64,000 bases of DNA from Camelus dromedarius (Eukaryota), in the NCBI RefSeq assembly GCF_036321535.1, contig NC_087437.1:98086001-98150000 (forward strand), read 5' to 3'. A program made the position numbers and the translations under genes. Each line of letters begins with the position of its first letter. Position 1 is the first letter of the stretch. Positions 12,373 to 24,141 of the stretch are shown here, piece after piece. The notes below the pieces were generated by a model. That model searched no databases and had not been told where the DNA came from. It worked only from the letters and a program-made list of their open reading frames with translations.

Positions 12373-14619
12373 ATGCCTTAATGAGTACACAGCAAGTACT
12401 ATGTCTATACTTGACTACACAGATACACGGATACAAAGTCTACCTGACATCTAGATCAGAGATTCCATGAATGAGCACTGTTCACCAAAAGGGAGTGGCT
12501 AGGAAAATGTAGAGACAGCATAATACTATATGCCACCACTAAACAAAAAACTCAGAAAGCACACCTTTATCAAAGCACTAATACTAATAATTCAGTATTA
12601 TTTAAAGACAAATGTATAGACTGTGTTAAAGGCTTAAAAGGCTTTTAACAAAGCCTTTTGTTAAGCCAAAGGTTAAAGGCTTTGATCATTTTATGAATGT
12701 CTTCATCATCATCAAAGAATGCCTGGTAATTTATGATGGCACATTTAATTAAAAATGGGCGCTTCATTGGAATCACTGAATTTGGATGACAGCACACTGG
12801 AGGCCCCCCAGTATATTACTGTAATAATGCTACAGTTCTCAGAGAAAACAGATTTCATCCCCCCATGAGAATGCAATGAAGAAGAAGAACAGAAGTAACA
12901 TTAGCTTGTTCTGATAGGAAAAGTAGACTCTCTTGCCAGCCCATCCAGCCCCTGTCAAAGAGTAACAATCTCTTACACTAATGAATTCTGATTTCCCCAA
13001 GAAAAGCAGGTGGTGGATGGCATCCCCATGAGGTTTATCATCTCCAAGCAGATCTTATAGCTTGTAGTGCCTGGAGAACGCGCAGATACCACATCGATCC
13101 ATCAGGCACAGGGCTGGTAAAGTGCGTAGAACTTTTGCCATTTGTCTACAGGTGTGCTAAGCGAGCTTTCCATCAATCCTGAGCCAACAAACTCCCCTCA
13201 CAGCACTATGAATATCAGGATAGCAAAACAGGTTACTTAGGGGATGGTTATTTGCATTTTAAAAGATTATTTTCGAAAAGATTCTTTTCCAGATTTCTCA
13301 AAATAGAGAACTTTCTTAAGTATCTGCAAATGTGCTATGATATATGAAATAATATTTACCTGAAACTTTAGAAAAAGAAAAGGCACATAGTGTTTAAATT
13401 TCATGTTTCCTGCCACTTGTATCATTATCTTATTTAATCATCATAGCTACCAATGGAACAAGAGGAAGCCAAACAAAATTGCAAGAAATGTGATAGGAAA
13501 TAAGATGGGTAAAAATATTAAAATCCATCCTTTGGAAAAACACTGACCTGACTCTCCAGGACCTGGCTTGATTTCTCAGGTCTGCTACTAAACTGGGCAA
13601 GATCCGAGAACCCTCTCAGAACCTCAGTCTCTACATCTATAGAGTGAAGTTTGGTGAACAACAACTTGAAAATCTCTTCCAGTAGAAGCAATCCATGTTT
13701 CCTTATCTACAATATTTCAACCCAAAGTCAGTAGGGATGACAAAAACTTTTAAGAGAAAATTAAAATGGGAACAGGCTCTTTTGCTTTACAGCTTTTTCT
13801 TTAAAACATGATTAAAGAGATAACCATGGCTTTCATTAGATTCAATTAGTAATTGTATCATAAGCTTAGGAAATAAAAAAGAGAATAGGGCATAATTAAC
13901 CTTAATCTATTGATTTTGTTTTATTTTAATATAAGTCTCTATTTACAGGAGGAAACTAATTAAAACCATCAGAAAGTGTTCACATAAGAATCAGTGGCAG
14001 AAGAATAGCTGTATGTGACTTAGATATAATGCGTAAAAATAAAAATGAAAGAAAAGTGCAGTCTTTTTAATGAAGGTGATCTATGCTTTATATGTCAGCT
14101 TGTTGAGTCATTTCACAATCTGGAAATCAAGAGAAGGACTACATGCACTGTTTTGACACTGTCTCCTCTTGTTCATGGTTTGATGAAGACCTAGCTGATG
14201 GGATGCCCTTGTTAATCTCATTTTCCTCCTTCAGTGTTTACGTTATTAACAGTCAGTGCTGATGTGGAGACAGATCCCAAAACTCCTGATTTTAAGTTTG
14301 GAGGCAAGTAAGGAACGCAGTTGAGTGGTTAGAATACCAACCTGGGAGTCACCTCCCTTGACTTCTGCATTACTCACCTATTCTAAGATGACCTGTCACA
14401 TTTTAGTGGGTCCATTTATCCATTTATAAGACAGTTGGTGTGTAAGTGCCTTTTAAGGCCATTTTGTGAAAGATGGTAGGGCAGTGTGCAATGGTAATAT
14501 CTTACCCACCTCCCTTTCACCATTTTTAACTCGAGTTCTTCCTTTGCAAGCCCAGCTTAAGTTGCACCTTCTTCACTGAACTTGCACCATTAAACCACAA
14601 ACCACAGTCATGTTCTTAG

Positions 14620-14815
14620 TGATAACACTTATTATTGACCATTTACTTTGTGCCTGCCACTGTGCTAATAATGTTAGTTGACTTGTCACTTTTCATTCTC
14701 AAATGATGAATAAGAGCAACAGTTTTCTCATTTTATAGGAGGAGAAACTGGGCTTAAAGAGTTTAAAGAACTTTCCCAAAATCACACAGCTAGTGAATTT
14801 CAAAGCTGGGATTTT
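14620..14815 (-). mobile_element. MIR SINE
   Basis: Core TTTTATAGGAGGAGAAACTGGGCTTAAAGAG...AATCACACAGCTAGTGA. Confidence 0.7.
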
Positions 14816-15033
14816 TGTAATATTTTTTTGACCCCCAAATTTTGTGCTACTGATGACTGTATTATATTTTTTTGAAATTCCTTTTGAGAAGTATTACAGA
14901 AGTTGGGCTTGATACTTATAACACATCATTTAATTGCATAGTTTCTTATGTTATTCTCTAGATATTTTGAATATATACACTTTTCTTGCTGTAGTTGATG
15001 TCTGTCATTTACTAATCCTAAAATCAATGTGTA

Positions 15034-15130
15034 GAAGAAGGAGGAAGAAGAAGGGAGAAAGAGAAGAAGAGAAGGAAGGAAGGACAGAAGGAAAGAGAGA
15101 GAGAGAAGGAAGAAAGAGAGAGAAAAAAGG
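15034..15130. repeat. GA-rich low-complexity tract (similar tracts at 25975-26085 and 35630-35737)
   Basis: Near purine-only runs. Confidence 0.9.
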
Positions 15131-15749
15131 ACTTTCCTTGTTACTAGAAATAAGATGTGTGGTTTAGGTCCTATCCATCACAGGTACCAACTTAAGACAC
15201 TGATTTAAAACTAACATGGGAGAAAAGACAAGGATTGGGCATCCATTTTCAATGTAGCGAATCTCAGCAGAGACAGTGTGGCTCTGGAGTCTGCCTCTGT
15301 GATGGTGGCTTCTAGATCTGGCCATGTTCTCATGGTGGCAGAAGCAGCAGCTCTCCTGGGGGTGCAGGTTTTGTAACATGCTTCTCAGAGTAAGTTCTAC
15401 AGCCTCAGCCAGAGTATCTGTCATCAGCTTCCCAACAACTCTGCACTCTATTCAACCTGTGATATATTCCTTTCTGCTTAAATTATTTTATTTTTCCTTC
15501 TCCAAGGAACGGACTTTATTTTTTTTTACAGTTAATAATTGTTTATTATTTACAGTTACAGGAAACAAATTGTAAACAAATCTGCATACATGTTTTGTTG
15601 CTGAGATATATGAGACAGTGATCAATAAAAGACTGTTGAGCATAAAAATATATTACATCAGGATAAAATTCTGTGAGGGAAGTAAAATGGAAATACCATT
15701 TCAAGGAGTAAAGGGAACAATGTAAAAGTTCTAATTGTTTTTTAAACAC

Positions 15750-16072
15750 TTTTACTGTGGTGTGGATCCTGTACAGTAAACTACACATATTTCAAATGTA
15801 CAATTTGGTGAATTTTGATAGGTGTATACACCAGTGAAACCACTACCACTATCAAGATAGCTAACATTTCCATCACTCCCCAAAAGTTGCAATTTTCAAA
15901 TTCCCAGTTATCCTTCCCACCTCCTTTATCCCCTGGTAACCGTAAGTTTGTTCTCTATGTCTGTGAGTCTATTTCTCTTTTGTAGATAAGTTCATTAGTG
16001 TCCTTCTTTTTTTTTTTAAGATTCCACATATAAGCAATATCATAAGGCATTTTTCTTTCTCTTTCTGGCTTA
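15750..16072 (-). mobile_element. Two adjacent L1 3' fragments (older L1MC/MD-like 15750-15890; younger 15902-16072)
   Basis: ACATTTCCATCACTCCCCAAAAG, then GGTAACCGTAAGTTTGTTCTCTATGTCTGTGAGTCTATTTCT...AGATTCCACATATAAG. Confidence 0.75.
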
Positions 16073-16144
16073 AATTAGGTAGCATGGATTTGGTAATCTG
16101 CAAATAACCCTGATTGATAACTTAATCAAGTTACTTTTAGTTCC

Positions 16145-17089
16145 TGTATTAGTTATCTATCACTATTCAATAAATTACTCCAAAATGTAATGTCTTAAAA
16201 CAATAAATATGTATTATCTCACAGTTTCTGTGTGTCAAGAATATGGACATGACTTAGATGAGTCCTGTGATTCAGGAGTGCAATCAAGTTATTGGCCCAA
16301 AGGACTGAGGTCTCATCTGAAGGCTTAGCTGGGGAAAGGATCATCTTCCAAGCTCACGCAGTGATTGTTGGCAGCAGTCAGTTTTCCAAGGGTTGAAATG
16401 AAGGTCTCACTTCTTTGCTGGCTGCTGGCTGAATGCTGCTCTGGGTTCCTTGACACATGGGTCTCTCCTAGTGGGACCTTACTTCACCACAACGTGTAAG
16501 CAAGAAGGCAACAGACAGAGTCTGTTAGCAAGACAGATGTTATAGCCTCTTTGAACTTGATCATGGAAATGATTTCCTGTCACCATTGCCAAATTCTATT
16601 GGAATCAAGTCACACACAAAGAAAGGTGAGTCTTTATTACATAAAAACTTAAATGGCAGTAGGCAGATGTGATGATTAATTTTGTGTGTCAACTTGACAT
16701 GGCCACTAGATATTTGGTCAAACACCAAATGAGATTAACATTCAAATCAGTAGGCTTTGAGTAAGGCAGATTATTTTATATAATGTGGCTGTGTCTCATC
16801 TAATCAGTTGAAGGTTTTAAGATGAAAAGACTGTAGTCCCCCAAGGAAGGGGGAACTATGTCTTTAGACTACCTTTTGGTTCCTATCACAACACCACCCC
16901 TTCCCTGGGTCTCCGGCCTGGTGGCCTGCCCTCCAAATTTCAGATTTGCCAGCCTCCATACTCACACAAGCCTATTCCTTAAAATAATTTTCTCTCACTG
17001 TATATATCCACATCTTCTTGGTTCATTAGAGAACCCTGACTTATGCGGTAGGGTTCATTAAAGGCCATCTTAGACGTCTGCCTTCAATA
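16145..17089 (-). mobile_element. MLT1 (MaLR) LTR interrupted by an MLT2 LTR
   Basis: TGTATTAGTTATCTAT...CTTAAAACAATAAAT...TCTCACAGTTTCTGTG terminus; sequence resumes after 17047 with GGCCATCTTAG. Confidence 0.75.
16668..17047 (+). mobile_element. MLT2 (ERVL) solo LTR nested in MLT1
   Basis: Starts TGTGATGATTAATTTTGTGTGTCAACTTGAC; ends GAGAACCCTGACTTATGC. Confidence 0.8.
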
Positions 17090-17424
17090 GTTTCAAAAAG
17101 AAAATAATAGTGTTTTATGTTAGAGAACACTTCCTCTTCCCCCAAATTTTAAAATGTATCTATGGAACCATTTTAGAACAGCAAGGGGGCTTAGAGACCA
17201 TCCGGCCCAACCCTGTTATCTTACAGAGGTAGAAACTGAGAGCCATAAGGTGTAATGACTTAGTGCCACGCAGGGATAAAGCGAGGGCAAGAACTCAATT
17301 CTCTCTCTTAACGCTGTTACCATTGCCCCATAAACTCTGCAAAGTTGAAAGCTGAGAATTGCACTAGTGTCCTGAAGACGGATTACAGTGAAGGAGAATC
17401 TTCATGAGCAGATGAACTACCGGT

Positions 17425-17655
17425 CAGCTGGGCTGTTCTTCCCTTCAGCTGCTCTTCCTGCAGTGGATAATGCTTTGTGCTGGTGCCACCTCATCCTCCA
17501 ACCCAGATTCCTGAATGATCAGTTGCGCACACAGCCAAGACGACGGGCTGGGTCGTGGATCCTGCCAGTGGCTATGGAACAGAGCAAAACTAACTGGCCA
17601 TGAGGGGATGAAACCCCTGACCTTGGCCTCATTAGTGCTGAGCTCTAACCAACTG
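17425..17655 (-). mobile_element. MamSINE1-like ancient tRNA-Ile-derived SINE
   Basis: Minus strand CAGTTGGTTAGAGCTCAGCACTAATGAGGCCAAGGTCAGGGGTTTCATCCCC (tRNA-Ile AAT-like head) followed by a GGCCAGTTAG..GCTCTGTTCCATAGCCAC body. Confidence 0.75.
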
Positions 17656-18922
17656 TTAGACATGCATCATATCATTTGTCTTTAAAACTACCTTTGAATC
17701 TGCTATATTACGCTCTCATTAACATCTGGTAGCTGGAAACAATTTAATTGATTTCTCCAGTGCTTTTTATCAGTGCAGAATGTTGATGACTGGGTACATA
17801 ACCAAAAATTAAACTCACATTTAAAAATTCTTAATTAAAATGGACCCCTCTAACCCCCCAAACACCTGAAATATAAACTAGGCTAACAAGAGCCATTGGG
17901 ATAGATTTTCTTGTTTACTGCTATTTACACATGGAGGGAAATCTAAGGATGCATGTCAAACATTGCACTCAACCTGGGTATTCATGATTTGAGGCAATTT
18001 GTGGAGATTACAATCTTGGATTTTCTAACGCATGTCAGCCATAAATCCTGTTCCTTCTTCTTGTCCAGCCAGGGGAAAATCAATGCTTCTAGGTAAGGCA
18101 TGTTGATTACAAATTATTTCGAGCAGTTATTTTAAAACGACATCCAAGCTCGAGTGAGAGTTTGACTTAAAGTCATTTAATCAAGGATATTAAATTAAAG
18201 GATCACTCTGCCCTGGTGTGATGGGTTGTAGAAGGAAGGAAAATGAACATTAACATGCATTATGCCAGGTGCTTAACGTGTGTTCTAACATTTGAACCTC
18301 ACTACAAACCAAGAGACAGACATTTTTATCCATATTCTATTGCTCAGAAATCTTAGGGTCAGAGAAGTTCAATAACATTCTCAAGGATACGCAGTTCTCA
18401 GCTGCCTGGGGCGCAGGAATAAACGTCAAGTTTATTCACTTCATTTCCCTTCTCCAGTTCTCTCCGCTGTGTCCCCTCTACCATCAGGTCATGTTCAGCA
18501 CGTATAAAATAAGGTTAGGGCCTTTGTCTTCCTACCCTCCCCTCCTCCTCACTTCTCCTCTCCCCAGACACACTCTGCCACTCACCCCTCTCCTACTCTC
18601 TCTAATTCTCGTGGAGATGCATATGCAGAGCGTCCACACACACATACATACACACATGCTCATGACAGAGAGGCCAGGACAGGATTAGTATTTGGGAGGC
18701 CAGAACTGCAGTCTTGACTCCATGTGTCATTTCAGACAAGACACTAATCTCAGCTTCCTCATTAGTTAATACACTTGTTCCCTATGATCTTTCCTTTTTC
18801 TAAAAGTATATAACTAAATGTTGATCATTAAGTATTTTTATACTTCATATTTCCCTAAGTAAAGTGATATTATCTAGTTACTTTGATGCCTCAACATTGC
18901 CAGCAACTTCAAGCCTCTAATC

Positions 18923-19344
18923 CTATGCTGTCCAATACGGTAGCCATTAGTGGCCTAATGTGGCTGGTGCAACTGAGGAAGTAAATTTTAATTTAATTTA
19001 ATTTAATTTAATTTTGACATTGAAGCAGGGTAAAAACTACACAAATTTCATTGTTTGATTAGGAGCAGATTTCACTGTAAACATTGAAATTTTTGCATCT
19101 GAATTGAGATATATAAAATATATACCAGACTTCAAAATCTTAGTTTAAAAACAAAAATATAAAATATCTCATTAACTTTTGATAATAATTACATGTTGCA
19201 ATGATAATATTTTAGGGGTACTTGCTTAAATACATTATTAAATTAATTTCCACCTGTTTCTCTTTTTAAAATTTTTTATTGTGACTACTAGAAAATCTGA
19301 AATTACATCTGTGGCTTGCATTATATTTCTACTGGACAGGGCTG
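18923..19344. mobile_element. hAT-Charlie MITE (MER33/MER3-like)
   Basis: Imperfect TIRs CTATGCTGTCCAATA / TACTGGACAGGGCTG; perfect 8-bp TSD CTCTAATC at 18915-18922 and 19345-19352. Confidence 0.85.
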
Positions 19345-19528
19345 CTCTAATCTGTTCTCACTGATGCAGTCGGTCCAGAGTGGGGTCCGAATATCTGTGA
19401 CTTCAGGTGATCTTGAAGTCCAGCTGCTTTTGAGAATGACTGCCAGAAGTTACAGCAAAATCTTTTTTACAGCAAATGCACTGTGGTTTACTTTTTAATA
19501 TAATAGTATTAAGTAGTCTTGCTTTTTG

Positions 19529-19538
19529 GTGTGTGTGT

Positions 19539-19579
<41 letters not shown>
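19529..19579. repeat. (GT)~25 microsatellite
   Basis: Read directly; one interruption. Confidence 0.95.
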
Positions 19580-19582
<3 letters not shown>

Positions 19583-20214
19583 CATTCCTCTCCATCTTAA
19601 CTGGAAGAAAAGAATGTCTTCTTTATCACCACTTTATAAGACCCAGATATGGCAGAAGAAATGTTACATCTAACTCACTTGAAAGGTTAGCATAAAACTG
19701 TGAGCTGGGTAAGGATGATACAAATGATGTGCTATAGAGACAAGGGAGAGCCTCCTTCAGAAAGCTGGCCATTCTCCATGTCCACAACAGAGGAATCCTA
19801 GAGGTGAGCTGGCACTGCTTTTGTTTTTGTTTTTGTTTTCATTTGAGAATAGTGATGCCAACTTTAACAAGAACGAAGACTCTAGGAGGGCGGGGTGGTA
19901 GATACAGCAAAGTAACACTATCTCACCTTCTTCCTGGACTGAGTTCCTCTATCAGAGTCCAAAGGCTAAAAACCCCATTTCACAAGTTCCCTGAAGCCTG
20001 GATAACAGATATGATTAAGGTTTGGCAGAACGTAAGCATCCATGGGAAATTTGGAAGTTGGGATGTGAAGTCGAAGCCACACCTAGTAGCCACGTTAAAA
20101 GAAATGAGTGAAATTCCATTTACCCTACCATATCTAAAATAATCTAATTTAGACAAATCAGCATCCAATTATTAATAAGCTACTTTATCTTCTTTTTAAC
20201 TACAAAGTCTTTAA

Positions 20215-20465
20215 AGTACTGGGTATATTTTACACTTGTCACCAGCTGCATTTGGACTAGCCAGTTCTCAAGTACTTAGTGGCTACTTGCGTCAGCAAAG
20301 TTTTTCCATGAAAAGCCAGATAGAAATATTTTAGAATCTGTGGACCACAAATGGTTTCTATGGCATGGGCTTCTTTATTTTTGTTTTGATTTTAAAGCAA
20401 ATTGCTTTAATGTAAAAGCTGTCCTTAGGACATGTACTGGCCGCCTCGGGTGGTAGTTCCCGCCG
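20215..20465. mobile_element. hAT-Charlie fragments (MER3-like then MER58-like)
   Basis: TTTGGACTAGCCAGTTCTCAAGTACTTAGTGGCTAC; GTCAGCAAAG...AAAGCCAGATAGAAATATTTTAG. Confidence 0.6.
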
Positions 20466-23435
20466 TAGCTCTATTGTGACGCACTGGCCCTTTTAGCTCC
20501 AGTGCTCAGTCCTTCCTGCTGTCAGAGCAAGAGGAGACACTCTTCTCTGGAACTGAACTAGGCTGAACCCCTACCGAGGATTGTTCTCTTCATTCTACAG
20601 AGGAGGACACTGAGGTCTAGAGAATTTGAGCAACTTTCCACGGTCATATAGCTGGTAATTGGCAGAGCTAGAGGGAAAATTCCTATCTACCCAGCTCCAA
20701 AACTCACGTATGACGCTGCATCATCCATGCTCCATTATTAAGACTTTCTTAAGCTTGATGAATGAACCTTCATGAATCCATTCATTTAGCTTACAAGTAT
20801 GTATTGAATGAATATTTATGCAACCTATAAATATATGTGCTACATACAAATAATTGGGATAGTGTCCTCGTTCCACATGTAAGCTCTTTGAAAAGGCTCA
20901 AATGTCTTATTAATTTAATTTATGAGGTACAAAATGAAGTGGAAAATTGACAATTATTTGCTTACTTCAATCAATATAGATGGCAAGCCTGATAATTCAG
21001 GTTTGAACCAGTTAGCCCCAAATTGTCAGAGGTACGAACATTTTTATGTTCTGATTCTTTTTCTAATTCAAAATCTTTTAGTAGCTTCAGACAGAATAAA
21101 GGGGTGCTAACACAGTTACAGAGTCGAGCAGTAATGGCCAACATTTAACCAATATAATAACAGTAGTCGATCTCCAGTCAGGCTAGCATGTTAGTGTATT
21201 TGTTTAGTTGCATGATTATTCGCTCTCTAAAACTTTTTACCTCTTTTTTGGGGAGGCCAATAGCCCTCTAAAATTCTCTGGCTTTGCTAAACATACTACA
21301 AGTGGATCACTCATTATTTCTCTTTATAAAATTTAATAAAGTCTCATTATAAAATGATTTCTCTTTAGACCAGCTCTCCATTACCAACCCCTGCTGGAAC
21401 TGCTATTAAAATGTAAACTGGACTTTTCTGATGTTCCTCATTTAAAATCCCAACACAAATGTCTTTCCCTTCAACACCTTCTCTATGCTTAACTGGGCAG
21501 TTGGTCTACACCGGATCACCTCCTTTGGGACCTGGAACACGTTCATCTACATAACGCCTCACCTTGACTAACACACCGTTTTCCACATTGCACAATTCCT
21601 AACAAGTAGGCATAAATAGAGCATCTTTAAGGGAAGTCAGAAGCTTCTCTCATTTTGTTTTTTCTTTTCAAGTCATGTGGCAAATGACATTATTTTTAGT
21701 ATGGACTCTATTTTCCACTGTAACACCTGGAGATGCTGTCATCTTGGGTGTGAAGGGTGTGAGTTTGGGAGCCCCTCTCCTCTCCAGGAAAATGCAGATA
21801 GATTTGGGCTGAGGACTAGGAGCTTGAGGAGTATCTCTATTAGCTTTAGGGATATTTTTATAGTATTTTTAGAACACTAATCCAAAAAGAAGAATCTTTT
21901 TCTGATACTATTAAGACTGGTACAGATCTTTCCCCCTTGAATTAGGGAGGAAAACAAAAGGAAAGAGAATACTAGGAGGAAAAAAGCATCCATTCTTCAG
22001 GGGCTTAGATGGAAAGTCAGGAAAGTTCTGTATCATTAAATTTCATCATTGTAAGATTAACTTTGTTTTATTCCAAGCTGTGGAATCATTTTCATTAGGA
22101 ATAAAACAAATATCAATGATAATTTGATACAAGTGGTAAAATTTGACAATTGAATAGTGGATCAATAACTGAACTAGTTGATTTTCAGTGTATTTATACA
22201 CACACACACATACATTTATATTTGTGTATATGCATATATTTCACAATTAAATACTAAGACATATATATGTATAAAGAATGTTTAGTAATTTAAATCATGT
22301 TTTTACTTTTTTTATCTACTTTTGCAATATAAATGAAGTTTGATTACAATTCTAGTAGACTGGCTGGCCATGAACGTGTTTATTTTTCACGCATACTTAT
22401 TAAACCGACGCCTTTAAGGAAATATCTTCAGGCTTTTCAGCTTATTCAATTTTTCTTTTTAATCGTAGGGTAAAAATGCTTAGAAACGTTTTGCAATGTC
22501 AACTGACAGTCTCCATGTAATGGTCTCTCTCTCTCTCACATTAAAGTGTAAAATGTACTCCTGCTTCCTCTTATGCATCTCTTTTCACCATCAGCATCTT
22601 ACAGACACTGAAAAGGGCACAGAGTTGAGGGAAGAGTTTACACACACTTTTTTTTTTTTTTTTTTAGTTACTGATACGTTATTGAACTTGTTTACTAACT
22701 AACAGTATATTACCTTTTAGTTGATCTAAGTTTCTGGGAAACAGAAACATTCCGTAAACTGAGAAAATGAAAAGTTTTCAATGTCTCCAAAGAATAAAAC
22801 AGATAGCTGTGCAGGTAAGTATAAAACTTGAAGGCATTTTACTCTAATCTTTTCTTTAGAGCAAAAGAAGACCTGGATTTGAATTCTGGGTCATCTTCTT
22901 TTCAAATGAAAAAGTTATTTAGCCTTTCTCAACATTTCTAAACCTCTGTGAAGTTATTGTGAGGACCAACACAGATAATTTCATATATAACGTCATCTAG
23001 TACAATGCCTTACAAAAAGGGAGCACTGAGGAAAGGACAGTTGATATAATTTCTATGTTCTTATGGGGAAAATGTGATTTTAAGGATAGATGTTAACATC
23101 TAAATCTATTAAATTTAGAGAAGTTTTTATTCACTGCAGACATAGGATCTTTCATATTGTCCTAAGCCACAACAGAAGCAAAATAAGTTTATTAGAATGG
23201 GATTAATTTAAATACAACACAATCAACTAAGAAAACAGCTCACACTGTAAAATAGAAACAGGGCCAATTTTGCAGAGCACGGAGAACTCTATGCCTCTAG
23301 TAATTATAAAGATAATTCACGAAAACTATTTGCATTTGCATTCTAGAAATACTCATGTTTTGTAAGTTGATGTTGTGTGTCCATAAGTTGAAGAAGCAGC
23401 TTAGTAAATTGGTTAGCACAGACTTTCAAGCAGTC

Positions 23436-23639
23436 ATGGCTGTGCTGGAGTTGTCACTGGAAACAATGAATGATTAAATATTCAGATATCGTAAGCTTGT
23501 TATTAAACCACTGGTCGCTTGAAATCAACCATGGTAACCATAGTAGGAGCATTTCCACCAAGGAAATCGACAAATGCTACAAATCTCAGGTTTTCCCCAC
23601 CCCCCAACCTCGAAGACCTGGCTTACCAGTAAACTACTG
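23436..23639. mobile_element. MER63-like hAT-Blackjack MITE
   Basis: GCTTGAAATCAACCATGG...GGAAATCGACAAATGCTACAAATC...TTACCAGTAAACTACTG. Confidence 0.6.
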
Positions 23640-24009
23640 ATAAACTGTTGATGCAGGCACGTATATATTTTATTGCCAGATTTAACACTTATTTGTTTTA
23701 TACAAGTTACTTTGTATTTCTCTCCTGCAGTTTCCTCATCTAGAAAATAATACAATTATTTCTTTGTCATAAGGTTGCTTTTGATTAATCCATTTAAGTT
23801 ACATAATCACCTAATTTTATAAATGGTAGTTAATACCGATAAGCCAAAATCATGAAAGAGACAACAATGAAGAGAAAATCAGAAACTAAAAGTAAATGAA
23901 GAACCTTCTGAAAACAGTATTTTTTGCTGTATTAGCAGGTACCATTCAGCAAGTGATTCTAAATATATAATAGAGAAGAGGCGATCCACTCTACACAAGG
24001 TTGACTCAC

Positions 24010-24141
24010 CATGAAGAGGCGGCTGCGTGCTCCTCCACTCTCCCCAGAGGGTGAGATAAAAGAGTCAGTTCCCTCAGAGGCGCTCTCTTGGTGAGCTCGT
24101 TGTTCGGGGACTGGTTCATATAAGCTGTCCATAGAGCCCTC
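24010..24141 (-). CDS. SAMSN1: Internal coding exon (132 nt, phase 0-0), EGSMDSLYEPVPEQRAHQESASEGTDSFISPSGESGGARSRLFM; upstream exon of long SAMSN1 isoform / LOC388813-like
   Basis: Acceptor tctcttcattgcag|GAG and donor ATG|gtgagt; open frame; GC-richer than flanks. Phase matches the next exon. Gene identity is recalled from the human peptide, not searched. Confidence 0.8.

Noticed and set aside
13250..13257. Octamer ATTTGCAT (also near 23327) as a B-cell enhancer
   Set aside because: An AT-rich 8-mer is expected several times by chance in 64 kb.
17595..17655. tRNA-Ile(AAT) gene
   Set aside because: Degenerate stems and B box; it continues into a SINE body.
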